Of a stretch of 64,000 bases of DNA, positions 27,713 to 42,536 are shown piece by piece (position 1 is the stretch's first letter; each line of letters begins with the position of its first letter). The position numbers and the translations under genes were made by a program. The notes below the pieces were generated by a model. It saw only the letters and a program-made list of their open reading frames with translations. It ran no database searches and was not told the origin of the DNA. Source of the stretch: Eledone cirrhosa (Eukaryota); contig OZ024748.1 in the NCBI GenBank assembly GCA_964016885.1, positions 57,040,001-57,104,000 of the forward strand. Reading direction: 5' to 3'.

Positions 27713-28082
27713 CATATATATAAATATATATACATATGTGTGTGTGTTTGTGGGGGTGTGGGTGTATGTATATAGGTATGTATTTACGCATGTGTGTATA
27801 TAGATGTATAGGTGCTATCGATGAAGCAATGCTCATCGTGGATTTGGGACATGTAAAAATTGAAATAGATGGTTTTTACAAAATATCTCTTAAAATATCC
27901 GTGGGTTTGGCAGAAATATAGTCAGATGGTATGTTAAGAAACCATTTGCTAAGTCACAGAATTCTAAACATTACTTACGAGTTAATACCGGTGTATACAA
28001 TTCTGGAAATAGAAAAAGAAAAATATATATACAGACACACACACACATACACTCATATATATATATATGTAGATATATATGT

Positions 28083-28183
<101 letters not shown>

Positions 28184-28499
28184 TATTTGTATAATCGCAT
28201 GTTTCTATGTTTGTTTCTGTGTGTGTGTATATTCGTGACACTGGTCATTTTTCATTTGAAACAAAGTTGGAGATTAATGGTAAATGTCGACTGAGTCAGG
28301 CCTACAGCTTATGTTCGAATCTTAGTTTGTCTGTTCTTTTTCTTGTTGTCTAAATTCTCTTCTATTCTGATCGGACACTCATACGATCAAAGGCATCTTT
28401 GCCGATCCTTTAATTTATAGGGAACATCTACCATTGCACGTATGTCATTCCCTTTTTCGGTTATTTGAAGAATATTTTTCCTGTTTTCTGTTGTTTCTA

Positions 28500-28620
28500 G
28501 GTAGAGGTGTTGCGGGGCTTAATGTCTTGGGTTCGATTCCTGGTCTGTGTTGTGTGTTGTGTTCTTGAGAAAACACTTCATTTCACGTTGCTCCAGTTTA
28601 CTCAGCTGAAAAAGAGTACT
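28500..28620 (+). mobile_element. tRNA-derived SINE (CORE-like family A)
   Basis: B box GGGTTCGATTCC followed by TTCTTGAGAAAACACTTCATTTCACGTTGCTCCAGTTTACTCAGCTG. Confidence 0.75.
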
Positions 28621-28914
28621 ATCAATAGCTGGCAGTTTAGTCCTTTCAACGTTGACCCCAACTCGACCACTTTCGGCTTAGCCAATTGACAGAGGATAGC
28701 TGATCACGTCATCCTGTTAAAAGGAATCGGTGAGGTTGGTAAAGGACGTAGACTCTGTCAATAGCCTCAAACTTCACATACGCGACAACTTTTTTTTATA
28801 CATAACACTATAAGTCAGCAATATGAGGTCTTAAATGAATGCAGGCAATATAGTTTCTTCACTCGGCGTGCACCTCGGACAAGCGCGTCTCACAGCCCTT
28901 TCAACCCTCTAGAG

Positions 28915-29252
28915 CAGCGTTTCTCAACCATTTTACCCTTGTGGAACCTTGAAATAGGTTCATGTCTCAGGGAACCCATACATAAAAATTATTATATACC
29001 ATTATTAATATATATCTCTTATATTGACCAAGTTTTAAATAATATAAGAAGTTGAAGCCTTTCTTAAAATAAACAAGGATTTTCCGACAATATGCCGTAA
29101 ATGTATAGTAAAATTACGAATATAAAATTAAACAAAAATTACTTTTAGTTTATTTATCACTGATTAGTTTATTTATCACTGATTCTCGTGGAACCCCTAG
29201 CGACCTCTTGCGAAATCCTAGGCTTCCGGGGAACACCGGTTGAGAAACGCTG
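28915..29252. mobile_element. hAT (Charlie-type) MITE, 338 bp
   Basis: Perfect 15-bp TIRs CAGCGTTTCTCAACC / GGTTGAGAAACGCTG; perfect 8-bp TSD CTCTAGAG at 28907-28914 and 29253-29260; subterminal GGAACC motifs. Confidence 0.93.
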
Positions 29253-29260
29253 CTCTAGAG

Positions 29261-29630
29261 TATATATGGAACCGACAACAACACTCTATAACAATACCAG
29301 CAAGAAATTCCCGGAACAGACCAGCCACCTCTTTCACACCAACACTTAGAACTTCCTCATGACCGTCATCACATTAATATTCTATTGATTCCTAATATTG
29401 AACGTCCACCGATCACAATGTCTGAAGGTAGAGGGTTGTAAAGGCCTAACGGAATTCCAGATGCCTGGCACCCTGCCTTGGACATTTACTTACCTCTAAC
29501 TGCAGTTCAATCAGGAAAATGAGCTGTGGAAAAGCGCGTAAACAAAGGACAACTCCACTCTCTCCTTGAGTCCCCTACGCAGCGGATGTTGACAATAGAT
29601 GTCACCAGTGAAACGTAGCCTTCTCTAAAG
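29261..29630 (+). pseudogene. Possible ancient Penelope-type ORF C-terminal relic
   Basis: IPDAWHPAL (~29454-29480) resembles the Penelope C-terminal (L/I)P..W.P.L pattern; GAAACGTA motif follows at ~29610; very decayed. Confidence 0.25.
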
Positions 29631-30534
29631 AGTGGAAGAGCAAATTTTCCAATCTGATCAGAAGACATATGGTACAAGGCAAGATGTTCACACGGTAAAT
29701 AACATCACATGTGATGTGAGAATTCGCCACGACTCCCCGACCTTTCAGGGAAAGCTTCCTCACGGTACATTTCTAGGTATTACAAGCCACCTTGATCGTA
29801 AGCTAAACCAACTTCTTGTCCATCTGGAGGGCCGGACCGAACTTGTCCTCAAGCAATTTAACCCGTATATATATGTGTATGTGTGTGACTGCGCATGGAT
29901 TCATGTCTCCGTATGCGTCATTATGTGTCTGTTTATATTTATGACTGCAACTGTCTTTATCTGTGACTGTGTCTGTGTGTGTTTCTTTGTTTATGCAAGA
30001 AAGTGTGTCCGAGTAAATGTGTGTGCGTGCGTATATATGTATGTTTGCGTGTGTCTGCGTATGTATCTGTGTATATATGCGTTTGTGTATGGTTGGAAGA
30101 AAGAAATAGTTGAATGCAATATAGCATTAAAAATAATATAAATGAAAAGAAAAAAACACCAAAGAAACGATGATTTTTGCCAGTCAAATGGCATGCTGCA
30201 ATGACTGCAGACATAAAGATAATAAAATATTGAAAAGAAAAACAAAATGAATGAATGAATGATAGAAAATGATCATAAACATCAACGCCAACAGTTATGA
30301 TAACAATAGTAAAAATATAGATAATGATAACTACTACGACAATACCAATACCACTACTACTAACACTACTACTACTACTAATTATTATTATTATTACTAT
30401 TATTATTATTTTTTTTATTAAATCGAATTGCAGTGCACGTCATGCGTGCCGTCATAAAAATTCAAGAACATACGGAGTCGTTGACATAACGACATGTATG
30501 TATGTATATATATATATATGTGTGTGTGTGTGTA

Positions 30535-30565
<31 letters not shown>

Positions 30566-30588
30566 TTATATATAAACATATATGTATG

Positions 30589-30749
<161 letters not shown>

Positions 30750-31099
30750 GCTTATATAAATATATATGTGTGTGTGACTGTGTGTGTGCGTGCGTGTACA
30801 TGCATATAAATGTGTATAAATACACACGTATGCATATATACACACACAAAAACATACCTATATAAATTGTTGTGCGTTTGATAAACTAATATTTGTGGAT
30901 AAATATATATATTAAATGTTTGTGTGTATGTGAGTGTGTGTGAAGGTTTTTAATATATTTATAAACATGTTCATATGGGAATTTATACGTATGAGTTGTA
31001 TTATTGCATTTATATTATCTATACTGCTAGTAACTGGTATACAACTATTGATACCTCTAAAGAAATACATAAAAAATAATTAAAAGCATAAAGAGTATA

Positions 31100-31147
<48 letters not shown>

Positions 31148-31185
31148 CATTCATATATATTTATATAAATATATACATATATATA

Positions 31186-31257
31186 TGTGTGTTTGTATGA
31201 ATGTTTATGCATCTAAATTTATATGGGTGGCTATATATATGTATATTATTTATAAGC

Positions 31258-31303
<46 letters not shown>

Positions 31304-31348
31304 CCACCCATATAAATATAGATGCATAAACATTCATACAAACACACA
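31186..31348. repeat. Near-perfect palindrome centred on a (TA)n-rich tract
   Basis: 55-bp arms 31186-31240 / 31294-31348 with one mismatch. Confidence 0.88.
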
Positions 31349-31397
31349 CTCATATATATATATATACATTTATGTATGTATTTATATATGTTTGTAA

Positions 31398-31428
<31 letters not shown>

Positions 31429-31480
31429 TATATGTAAGTATGTATGTATTTATGTATATTTGTAAACATATATATATATA

Positions 31481-31550
<70 letters not shown>

Positions 31551-32017
31551 TATATACATATATATATATACATATATATATACATATACATATACATATA
31601 TATATACATATACATACACGTATGCATGTATACTGACATACATACATAAATACATGCGTACATAAAAACATACATATATACATACATGCATACAATACAC
31701 ACATGTATCCATACATACACATATAGATGCATACACATATAAATGGTTGGGGGGAGAAAACCAACTAAATGGTAGAAATAAGTTTAAGCTCTTCTTTAAA
31801 CAGCAAACCATAAATAGTGTAGAACCGACAGGAAAGAATTGAAAACTTCTGTATATGGTCAAGTAGCATCGGTAATATATAATATTTCTTGCAGACAATT
31901 CTCTCAATTTGCCTTTTGATATTAAATTCAGACAATAGAGTATAAGGAATTCTTTTGTTTTCTTTTGTTCATTTGGCTTTGCTTACATTATAGCCTTGTT
32001 TGTAAATTTGCGTATTG

Positions 32018-32062
<45 letters not shown>

Positions 32063-32295
32063 CATATAGATATGTGTGTGTTTATATATATGTGTATGTA
32101 TATATGTGTATGTCTTTATATATATATATTTATATATTTATATATATATATATACATGTGTATATGTAATTTTTGTTTTTCTCTTTTATATGTATAGCTA
32201 TATATCTTAGCTTAAATCAGATGAGGTTCTGGAAATGTGTACATATATACATATTTATAAACGTTTCCGTAGTATATATGTGTTTGTACGTGCAA

Positions 32296-32337
<42 letters not shown>

Positions 32338-32428
32338 CAAAGTATACACAGAGAATCACACATATTTTTACAATGTAGTTTCATATATATTTATTATATA
32401 TCTAAATATGCACACATATATTATATAT

Positions 32429-32503
<75 letters not shown>

Positions 32504-32695
32504 CATTTATCTAGTTTGTCATCTCTATTTTTTAATCTCCCTGTTTCCTTTCTATTCTCTGCTCATAATTACATATTAAATGTAGGACTTTCCATCTCTG
32601 AATCTATGTTATGTACTCACATGTCTGTTGTTTAGATACCGATTTATCTTCAGCCTTCTCATTTACTCTCTCTCTCTCTCTTTCTCTAAATATAC

Positions 32696-32800
<105 letters not shown>

Positions 32801-32833
32801 TGTGTATATATACATATATACACATATATACAC

Positions 32834-32869
<36 letters not shown>

Positions 32870-32870
<1 letters not shown>

Positions 32871-33066
32871 GTAATAATAATAAATTTGAACACTAAAATC
32901 CAAAGAAGACTCGATAAGGATAAATATATATCAAATATATAAGAACCGTAGAGCAAATATTTATTAAAATAACAGATTAAAGTTTAAGCAAAGAATCGCT
33001 GCTTCAGAAGATCCCGTTAATGGTGAAAGCAGCGATTCTTTGCTTAAACTTTAATCTTTTATTTTA

Positions 33067-33074
<8 letters not shown>
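32870..33074. mobile_element. Short fold-back copy of the 3897-4817 family
   Basis: Same ~85-bp tail; 48-bp arms 32957-33004 / 33027-33074; loop contains CAGAAGATCCCGTTAATGGTGA; (TA)n flanks. Confidence 0.8.
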
Positions 33075-33097
<23 letters not shown>

Positions 33098-33101
<4 letters not shown>

Positions 33102-33360
33102 CGTTTGAAGGTTCACCACTGGATAGTGCTGGTCAGTTCCGTATGGTCAATTTTAATGTAATAATATGGAGAATACTCAACGTAAAGCGGTTCAACCGTC
33201 TTCGTTTTTGTAGTTGGTGGTGCTGGTACGGAGTTAAATATTATAATAAAATGACAGGAGGCTGGACTTTTGTAAATCCTTGAAAGGTTTATTATACTAT
33301 AATCATTTCAAGGACCGGGTTCCGTATGAATCCGGTGATATCATCAGGTATTCGAAATAT
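33098..33360 (-). mobile_element. PLE-like terminal segment with hammerhead-like motif (33294-33351)
   Basis: Minus strand ATAC-CTGATGA-tatcACCGG..CCGGTcctt-GAAAT-GATT-ATA-GTAT-AATAAA; aligns with 18140-18248; ends at (TA)n. Confidence 0.7.
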
Positions 33361-35579
33361 AACAAATGAATGTAATAGATAAAATCCATGGGGCTGAAAA
33401 TCATAGATCGGAGGACGACCGACCATCTAGCATCTTCCCGGAAACCGGGATAAGCACTGGCCTGTATGGGCCACCAGGTTTGCGACAGACTTTAGACATT
33501 TCTAGACTTAGTGCATGCAAGATGACTATCATATATGTTATTTAGAATTTTCCAGCAGGTCGAACTATCTTGTACAAGGGCTTTCGTGTTTCATTTCACT
33601 GCCAAATAGACCGACGCATATTATATAAGGTGTCTGTATTTAAATGTGTGTTTGTGTGTAAGCGTGTGCATATTGTTGTGTTGTATATTATGGATGGTAA
33701 TGAGTGTTGTTTTGTAATTACAGTAATGTATGTATGTATGCGTTTGCGTTGTGTTTTAGTATGCCTTTATCGTGTATATATGTGTGTGTATCTATATATG
33801 TTTTGAATTTGTTATAATATTAGCTTTACAGATTAATTCGATGCGAAATTATCGACACAAAACCCAAATAAATAAATAAAGTCACACAAAAAAACGCGAA
33901 GAAAGAAAGAAACAAAGAAGGAAAGAAAGAAAAGAATTAATGATAGAAACAAAAAGAAAGAAGCTTAACAAATGAAAAATAATGTGAAAATTTGTCGAAA
34001 CAATATAAAATATAAAACGAAGGAAAAAGTAAGGAGTCATGGAAAAGGAAGCCTGCTGATTGTGGAAAATTAACACAGTATTCCGTGCATTATAATGAAA
34101 TTTGTACAACCATTCGTAAAGGCATAACTAATGCATATTTTTGAATGGAAAGGAAGGGTGATGGGGGAACAAACCACCATCTCTGATATGTGAGTGAATA
34201 GATGTAGTTGTGGGGTGGTGTGTGGTGCTTAATACGGTACGCTGTGTTGTTGGTAGATTTAGGGGTGAATTAATGAAGAATTTGACCGTCTCGGGAAGAT
34301 AGTGAGAAATGGAAGGACGGAAAGGAAGGGGAGGCAGAAATTAGACAGATACAAGCGAATGATAGCATAAGTCCAGGGTTATATAGGAGGCAGTTTTGGG
34401 GGGGGGGGGGGTTCTAGTTTGTGAAGGTGCAGGCTCAAGTTGAGCTTCAGTTTGCGATGGTGGTGAATACGTTAGCCGGTCAGTTGATATTGTCTATGAT
34501 TTGACGCTTGGCTCTTGCTGTTGTTTAACTCCAGGTCCCTCTGTTCTTGCAGATCTATGACCATCGTATCGTTGGTTAGACACAAGTGGGTGTTTAAAAG
34601 ATATTTAGATGTTATTTCTATAAATTTGATAGGGAAGATCGAGGTTCCTTCGTGTTCATATTTCGTTGAGTTACTTTACATAGAAGTTGCTGTTCTTTAG
34701 AGCTGTTCTTGAGCTGTTCTTGAGCACGGACTGCAGCTCAATAAAAGTTGTTGATAAAATGCACATGTCAGAATGGTGACCACATTTATTTAGCTTCCAG
34801 AAACCTTGTAGATGCCACAGCCATATTGAATATCTATGCCTAATCCACCACATTATTTCGAGTCATCCACACACTGTGTATTCTTATTGTTACAGCTGAT
34901 GTGGATGATGATGATGTTGATATTTATATTGCTGCCACTACTTTTATCGCTGCTACTGTTAATGCTGCTGCTGTTGTTGTTGCTGTTGGTATTCGTGTTG
35001 TTGTGTTTTTACTTGATTAGTTAGTAATGAAAGAATCGGTGATAATTGTTTCCATCAAGCTCACTAACGAAGTCTGCTTTCCCACGAAGCACAATGAGCA
35101 ATAATGAAGGCATTGCTAGGGAAATTAACTTCTCACCAAAATGATGAGAAACAAGAAGTGCAAACAGATAAAGTGGCCTTTCATTGGCTTTTCTTTGTTT
35201 TTGTGTTTCTGTTTCTGTTTTATTTATTACATTTAAGGGCTTTTGTTGAAATGGGGAAACTATTGTTTTATATATTCTTGTACTATTTTTACACTTTATA
35301 AAAGCATTAACACAACACCACTGTCATAATCATCATTATCATCTCCACTTCTACCACCACCTAAACTGTCAACACATCCTTCAACACCACCACCACCACC
35401 ACCATATCCATCACTGCCACATCCAACATCACCTCCATCACCGCCACCACCACATCCACCACAATAAGATCCCATCAATGTCAATATTATCGAAGCTATT
35501 ATAGACACCACAATCGTCACCTGCACTAACACCACCACCACCATCACCACCACAGACACCGATATGGAGGTAATTAATT

Positions 35580-35814
35580 GGTAGGTAGGTAGGTAGGTAG
35601 GTAGGTAGGTAGGCAGGTAGGTAGGTAGGTAGGTAGGTAGGTAGGTAGGTAGGTAGGTAGGCAGGTAGGTAGGTAGGTAGGCAGGTATTTAGGTAGGTAA
35701 GTAGGTAGGTAGGTAGGTAGGTAGGTAGTTAGGTAGGTAGGTAGGTAGGTAGGTAGGTAGGTAGGTAGGTAGGTAGGTAGGTAGGTAGGTAGGTAGGTAG
35801 GTAGGTAGGTAGGT
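35580..35814. repeat. (TAGG)n microsatellite
   Basis: Directly visible. Confidence 0.95.
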
Positions 35815-35844
35815 CGATAGAAACGTAGGCAGGTTGGTATGCGT

Positions 35845-36005
35845 CAAGCCATGTGGCTTAGTGGTTAATGTGTTGCCGATAGTCGTAAGATCGTGTAACC
35901 TTCGGCAAGATACTTCATTTTCAATTGTTCTTGTCCATTGTAATCCAAAAAGTCAAATTTGTCACATTTTGTGTCATCGTGAATCACCCTTAGAATTACG
36001 TTAAA
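35845..36005 (+). mobile_element. tRNA-derived SINE family A, internally deleted
   Basis: A box TGGCTTAGTGGTT; CCTTCGGCAAGATACTTCATTTTCAATTGTTC core. Confidence 0.6.
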
Positions 36006-36047
36006 TGTTGAGCCATTTGCACTTTAATGTAATTTGCAAGTTATTCC

Positions 36048-36094
<47 letters not shown>

Positions 36095-36097
<3 letters not shown>

Positions 36098-36370
36098 GTG
36101 TGTGGGGAGGGGTGTTAAATGTAGGTAGATAAGTATGATAGTTGAGATAGGGAAGAGAGATAAAAAATGAGATATAGCTGGGGAGAATACATGCGCTCAC
36201 CAACACACAAACTCATGCACTCACATACACAGGCACAAACATATACTTATATATAGCATCATAACCATTAGAAACGTCCCATTTTTCGATAGACAAGCAT
36301 ATATATATATATATATATATATGCATAGAATCATATTTATATGTGTATATAGATGCATACAATCGTATGT
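36095..36370 (-). mobile_element. Dispersed repeat, copy 2 (copy 1 at 3545-3882)
   Basis: Reverse complement near-identical to 3545-3882. Confidence 0.8.
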
Positions 36371-36687
36371 AGATATGTATATATATGTATATATACACTT
36401 AACAATGTCTAGTGTATTTCTATATATTTGAGTTAATTTGTATTCGAGGTAATCCTTGGAAAAGACATCGTGTCAAACTAAGAGAAAGAGACGTAGAGAA
36501 TGGAGGAAAGAGAAGGCAAGAGTATTAGAAGTTATGAGACGTAGAGACAGAGAGAGAGACAAAGAGACAGAGAGCGCGATAGATAGATAGGTAGTTAGAT
36601 AGGTGAGATAGATATTTTAGGTAGGAAGATAGATAGATAGATTATATAGCTAGATAGCGAGATAGATAGATTAGGTAGGTAAATATT

Positions 36688-36787
<100 letters not shown>

Positions 36788-37034
36788 GATAGATAGATGG
36801 ATAGATAGATAGGCGAATATTGAGAGGAAGAAAGCGTAGGAGATAATTATTAGGTTTTGGTAAAAAGCCATGCACGTTAGAAGACAAGAAGAGGTTTGAT
36901 ATAGCGGTGATATGATAAGATAAACAAGAAATGATGTCTAATAAAGAAATATGAAATATGCTACGAAAAGCGAGATATATCTTATTTGGAAATGTAACAT
37001 GTGTGAGGCGTGTGTTTTTGAGGCGGATATATAA

Positions 37035-37069
<35 letters not shown>

Positions 37070-37239
37070 AGTGTGTGTGTGTGTGTGTGTATGTGTGTGT
37101 GTGTGTGGGTGTGTGTGTGTGTGCATATATATATATATATGTTTATATATATGTGAGTGTGTGACTATGTCAACAAATTGATCTAAAATCAACACTATAT
37201 ATATATATATATATGTACATATACATATACATACACATG

Positions 37240-37352
<113 letters not shown>

Positions 37353-37431
37353 ACATATATATAGATAGATAGTTTTATATATATATATGCATGTGTGTTT
37401 CGGGTACGTGTGTATATAGATACATTGATAA

Positions 37432-37484
<53 letters not shown>

Positions 37485-37739
37485 TATCTGTATATGTGTA
37501 TCAGTGTATCTTTATGAAAAGAAGCAAATTCACTGCTATTCCTGTACACTAGACAAGTGAAAGGACTATTTTCTTGTGAAACGATAAGAATCTATCATAA
37601 ATATATTCTCTTTTCTCATTATTTATTATTTATGATTGCTTTCATATTTGTTGGCTCATTTTCTTCTCTGTGATGTCAATGTTATGTATATATATATATA
37701 TGTATATATATATGTATATGTATATATATATATATGTAT

Positions 37740-37823
<84 letters not shown>

Positions 37824-38299
37824 GCATGTATATATAAAATTAAACATATAAACATCAATACACAATTATATGTAAATATATGGGTACCTCCATAACTATA
37901 TATATTTACATATATATACATATATATATGCGTGTGTATGTATACATATGTACAGTCATACAAATCCATATGTAGTTATATATTGATATAGATATATATA
38001 TGTGTGTATATATATATATATTTATATATATATGTGTGTGTGTGTGCGTGTGTGCTTGTGTGTGTATCTTTGTATACGCCTGAGAATTTGTATCAGTTTG
38101 CTTGTATACGTGTGCATGGGTGTTCCCATATATACATGTATTTATCATTTTATCTCTACAAATGTGTTTGAACATTGCCTTAGCATTTCAGAGTTCAAAT
38201 AACGAGAACAACCACAACAACAATAATGAATATAATTTTTTTTTTTTAATATCATTTCTATTATAGTAGCAATAATTATGGTTTCTTATATAGAAGATC

Positions 38300-38820
38300 T
38301 TATATAGGGACAAGGCCAGCAATTTTGAGGGAGGGGAAAGTCAATTAAATCGACCCCGTAAGCATGAAAGGCAAAGTTAACCTCGACGGGATTTGAACTC
38401 AGAATGGTTTCTGATTTAGGTACAATGCCAACATTTTTTGTGGAGAGGGTAAATCGAAATCAATACATTACTGGTACTTTAATTTATCGACCTCGTGAGG
38501 ATGAAAGGTAAAACTAATCTCGACAGGATTTGAACAGAACGTAAATAGGTGTAATTATATGCCAGAAAAGAAGTTGTCCAACTCTCTATCAGTTCTGCTA
38601 ATCGACCACTCTCTCCTTTAATAATAGACTCAATAATAATTGTTTCTACTTTTGCCACAAGGCCAGCAATTACTCAGTGCATTACTGGTACTTTATTTTA
38701 TCGACCCCGTAAGGATGAAAGGCAAAGTTAACCTCGGCGGGATTTGAACTCAGACCATAAAGGACCGTAACTCTGTGCTGCAAAACATGGTGTCCGACTC
38801 TCTACCGATACTGCCAATCC
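38300..38820 (-). mobile_element. Three tandem SINE family B copies or fragments
   Basis: ATCGACC(C/T)CGT(A/G)AG(G/C)ATGAAAGG core at ~38349, ~38486 and ~38700; the copy at 38635-38820 is nearly full length. Confidence 0.85.
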
Positions 38821-39019
38821 TAATGAAGTTAACAAGGAGCTCTCTCTGTAGTCGCTCTATTTTTCAGAAACACCTGCCAAATATTTCCCAAATCGTCTCC
38901 TATATCTATATAAGCTTGATGGAGCTCACTCTCTACACGCATGACTGCAACACATTTCTTCCAGCGGAAGATAGAAAGTGTCAGAGAGAAAGGGAGAATG
39001 AGATATAAAGGAAGAATCC

Positions 39020-39145
39020 CTGTACTAGACTTCCACCCTTTTTTTATCAAACCTGAAAGGATGAAAGGCAAAGTTTAACTCGGCGGGGTTTGAGAGCAGT
39101 GATCAAAGCATTCTATCTGACATTCTAATGACAATTCGCCGCTGT
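39020..39145 (-). mobile_element. Degenerate SINE family B copy
   Basis: AAGGATGAAAGGCAAAGTTTAACTCGGCGGGGTTTGA. Confidence 0.65.
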
Positions 39146-39289
39146 TCTTGATAATTTAGTGACAGTGAAATAACTTCACACTCTTCTTTTAATGATAGAT
39201 ATATATTAAGAAAAAGCACGTGTACACTAAACGATCAGTTGAAGGTAGATCTCAGAGAACAGTAAAGAAAAATCAACAAATCCTCGATT

Positions 39290-39375
39290 CGCCGAATATA
39301 TCCGAGATTTACCGAATATATCCGAGATTTACCGAATGTATCCGAGATTTGCCGAAAATATTCGAGATATGCCGA
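39290..39375. repeat. 20-bp minisatellite, ~4 copies
   Basis: (CCGAATATATCCGAGATTTR)n. Confidence 0.85.
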
Positions 39376-39489
39376 GCTTCCCACAATCTTTAAATGTTCC
39401 ATATCAAATTACATCGTGTTTATTTGATTGGTCTGTGTAGATCTGACTCACTAATATTAGTCAACAACAAAAGCAACAGAAACAATAGA

Positions 39490-39820
39490 AAAACAACAAT
39501 TACATTAACAACAGCAACATCAACGACAACAACAATAACAACAACAACGACAACAACAATAACAACAGTAACAACAATAACAACGAAAATAACAACAACA
39601 ACAACAACAATAACAACAACAACAACAACAACGACGACAACAATAACAACAGTAACAACAATAACAACGACAACGACAGCAACAATAACAACAACAGCGA
39701 CAGCAACAACAGCAACAACAACGACAGCAACAACAGCAACAACAAAAATAACAACAACAACAACAACGACAGCAACAATAACAACAACAACAACAACAGT
39801 AACAACAATAACAACAACAT
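39490..39820. repeat. (ACA)n trinucleotide repeat
   Basis: Directly visible; source of poly-T/V/L ORFs. Confidence 0.95.
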
Positions 39821-40652
39821 AATCAAACAGCAAGCAGACAATAACACAGCTCACTATGTCAGTTAGCAAACAATTATTACGTTTTTATTGATATACAAAA
39901 ACAGCTATAAATAGTATCATGAATCTGCTTGCAAATGTTTTCAATTTTTTTCAATTTTTTTTCAATTTTTTTTCAATTTTTTTTTTTGATTTAAGATAGA
40001 AATCTGGCAGCCATTAAGTTTAATCTGAGTCATCATTTAAACTATTATATAATAATTGCAATATGGTTATTGACAAGTTATTAAACCACTTTAGAATGAT
40101 TTATCACTTGAGTACGACTCGGGTTACTGAAATTCAGTTAAATGATAAAGAATCGCTGATTACAATTATAGCATAACAGTTACGGACAGAGATATGTATA
40201 TTTATTTTGTTGTTTCACGTGGGAAGTAATCGATATAGTAATATAGTTATTATACAGTAATGATGGGATTAATAAATAGCTGCATTCAGAATTTCGATTC
40301 GATTCGATTTTTTTTTTTTTTTTTTTAAGTGATGTGACAGCAATCACTGAAAATGTTCCGTAATCTGCTTAAATAGCTTGTTAGATAACCAGCGAAGATG
40401 ACATCGTAATAATGTTCCATGTTGAGTCAAAATGCGCGAATGATGGACGGAAGACTCTGTATAGGCACTTAACATACTCGAAATAGCACCAGGATTGCCT
40501 TTCAATCATATCTCCTCGTGTTTAATATGTTATGTAAGACAATATTTACATGTTTTACTATTAGATAAACGATACACGAACAAAAAAAAAAAAAAGACAC
40601 AGACGCACACACATACACACACAGACACAGACATACACACACACACACATAC

Positions 40653-40716
<64 letters not shown>

Positions 40717-40802
40717 TTGGGGAGGGTCATATTGTTGTAATTATTTGTTTCGACACACGATTTCATATCAAAACCTTGCAAAATAAATTATATATATATA
40801 TA

Positions 40803-41091
40803 TATATACAATATATTAATAAATGGAAACTATATTTATAAAACCATATTTATTTTATTATGCATATTTCAAGGGCAACCAAGGCAATTTATGGTGCGCT
40901 TTCATCAGATAAAATACAGATTTGTTTTATAAATAAATATTGACAATATGTCAATATTTATTTATAAAACAAATCTGTATTTTATCTGATGAAAGCGCAC
41001 CATAATTTGCCTTGGTTGCTCTTGAAATATGCATAATAAAATAAATATGCTTTTATAAATATAGTTTCCATGTATTAATATATTGTATATA
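40803..41091. mobile_element. Near-perfect 289-bp fold-back with divergently oriented hammerhead motifs
   Basis: ~143-bp arms, 3-nt loop (40946-40948), four mismatches counted by eye. Confidence 0.85.
40978..41043 (+). ncRNA. Type-I hammerhead-like ribozyme (mirror copy 40851-40916 on minus strand)
   Basis: TATTTTAT-CTGATGA-AAGcGCACCA(10 nt)TGGtTGCtCTT-GAAAT-ATGC-ATA-ATAAAATA: perfect 8-bp stem I, intact core, AUA triplet. Confidence 0.72.
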
Positions 41092-41095
41092 CACT

Positions 41096-41581
41096 TGCTT
41101 CCTGAAGCTCCCACACTTCAGTGACGAAACAATAACACCCATCCGCAGAGCTATCAGACGAGAGGGACTAGATATCCAACTGGCCCACTCAGGACCTTCT
41201 CTATGCGGACAGCTAACCAAAAGACACTCCACCAGACATGACAACCGCTGCAGGCTAGCCAACAGCCCCATCAACGACACAGACCTATGCCACCATGTTT
41301 ACGTCGTATACAGACTAGAATGCGACAAATGCAGCAACTTCTACGTAGGTAGCACCACCAGACCATTCCACATAAGAATAAAAGAACACCTCAATACTAA
41401 CGCTTCCTCATTTAAGAAAGACCTAGTGAAATGCACAAACACCGAGAAAACCATAACAGTTAGGATAGAAACTATGGAAAGAAACCTCGGCAATCTTAGA
41501 ATTAAAGAAGCACTAATTATAGAAAAAAGACAACCACCAATCAATAATAGACTAGAACTCAACACCCAATTTATAACTTGA
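41096..41581 (+). CDS. 5'-truncated Penelope-like element ORF: linker plus GIY-YIG endonuclease (no start codon)
   Basis: Hand-translated open frame of 161 codons plus TGA: CFLKLPHFSDE...C.L...LC..VYVVYRLECDKCSNFYVGSTTRPFHIRIKEH...LRIKEALIIEKRQPPINNRLE. The VY..C..C..YVG, R, H, E and N motifs of PLE GIY-YIG are all present. Confidence 0.88.
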   Translation, partial: CFLKLPHFSDETITPIRRAIRREGLDIQLAHSGPSLCGQLTKRHSTRHDNRCRLANSPINDTDLCHHVYVVYRLECDKCSNFYVGSTTRPFHIRIKEHLNTNASSFKKDLVKCTNTEKTITVRIETMERNLGNLRIKEALIIEKRQPPINNRLELNTQFIT

Positions 41582-42219
<638 letters not shown>

Positions 42220-42263
42220 GATATATAGACATACATATATATATATAAATAAATCTATACATA

Positions 42264-42313
<50 letters not shown>

Positions 42314-42340
42314 TATAATATATATATATATAGACATACA

Positions 42341-42376
<36 letters not shown>

Positions 42377-42452
42377 CATTTATATATGTATATATATATA
42401 TACATACATATATATTTTTTTTTTTTCTAATTAAATATATTAAATATATATA

Positions 42453-42534
<82 letters not shown>

Positions 42535-42536
42535 GT

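Noticed and set aside
35580-35814. Telomeric repeat
   Set aside because: Unit is TAGG, not TTAGGG or TTAGG; ordinary tetranucleotide microsatellite.
39394-39869. Mucin-like poly-Thr ORF
   Set aside because: Pure (ACA)n repeat, open on both strands.
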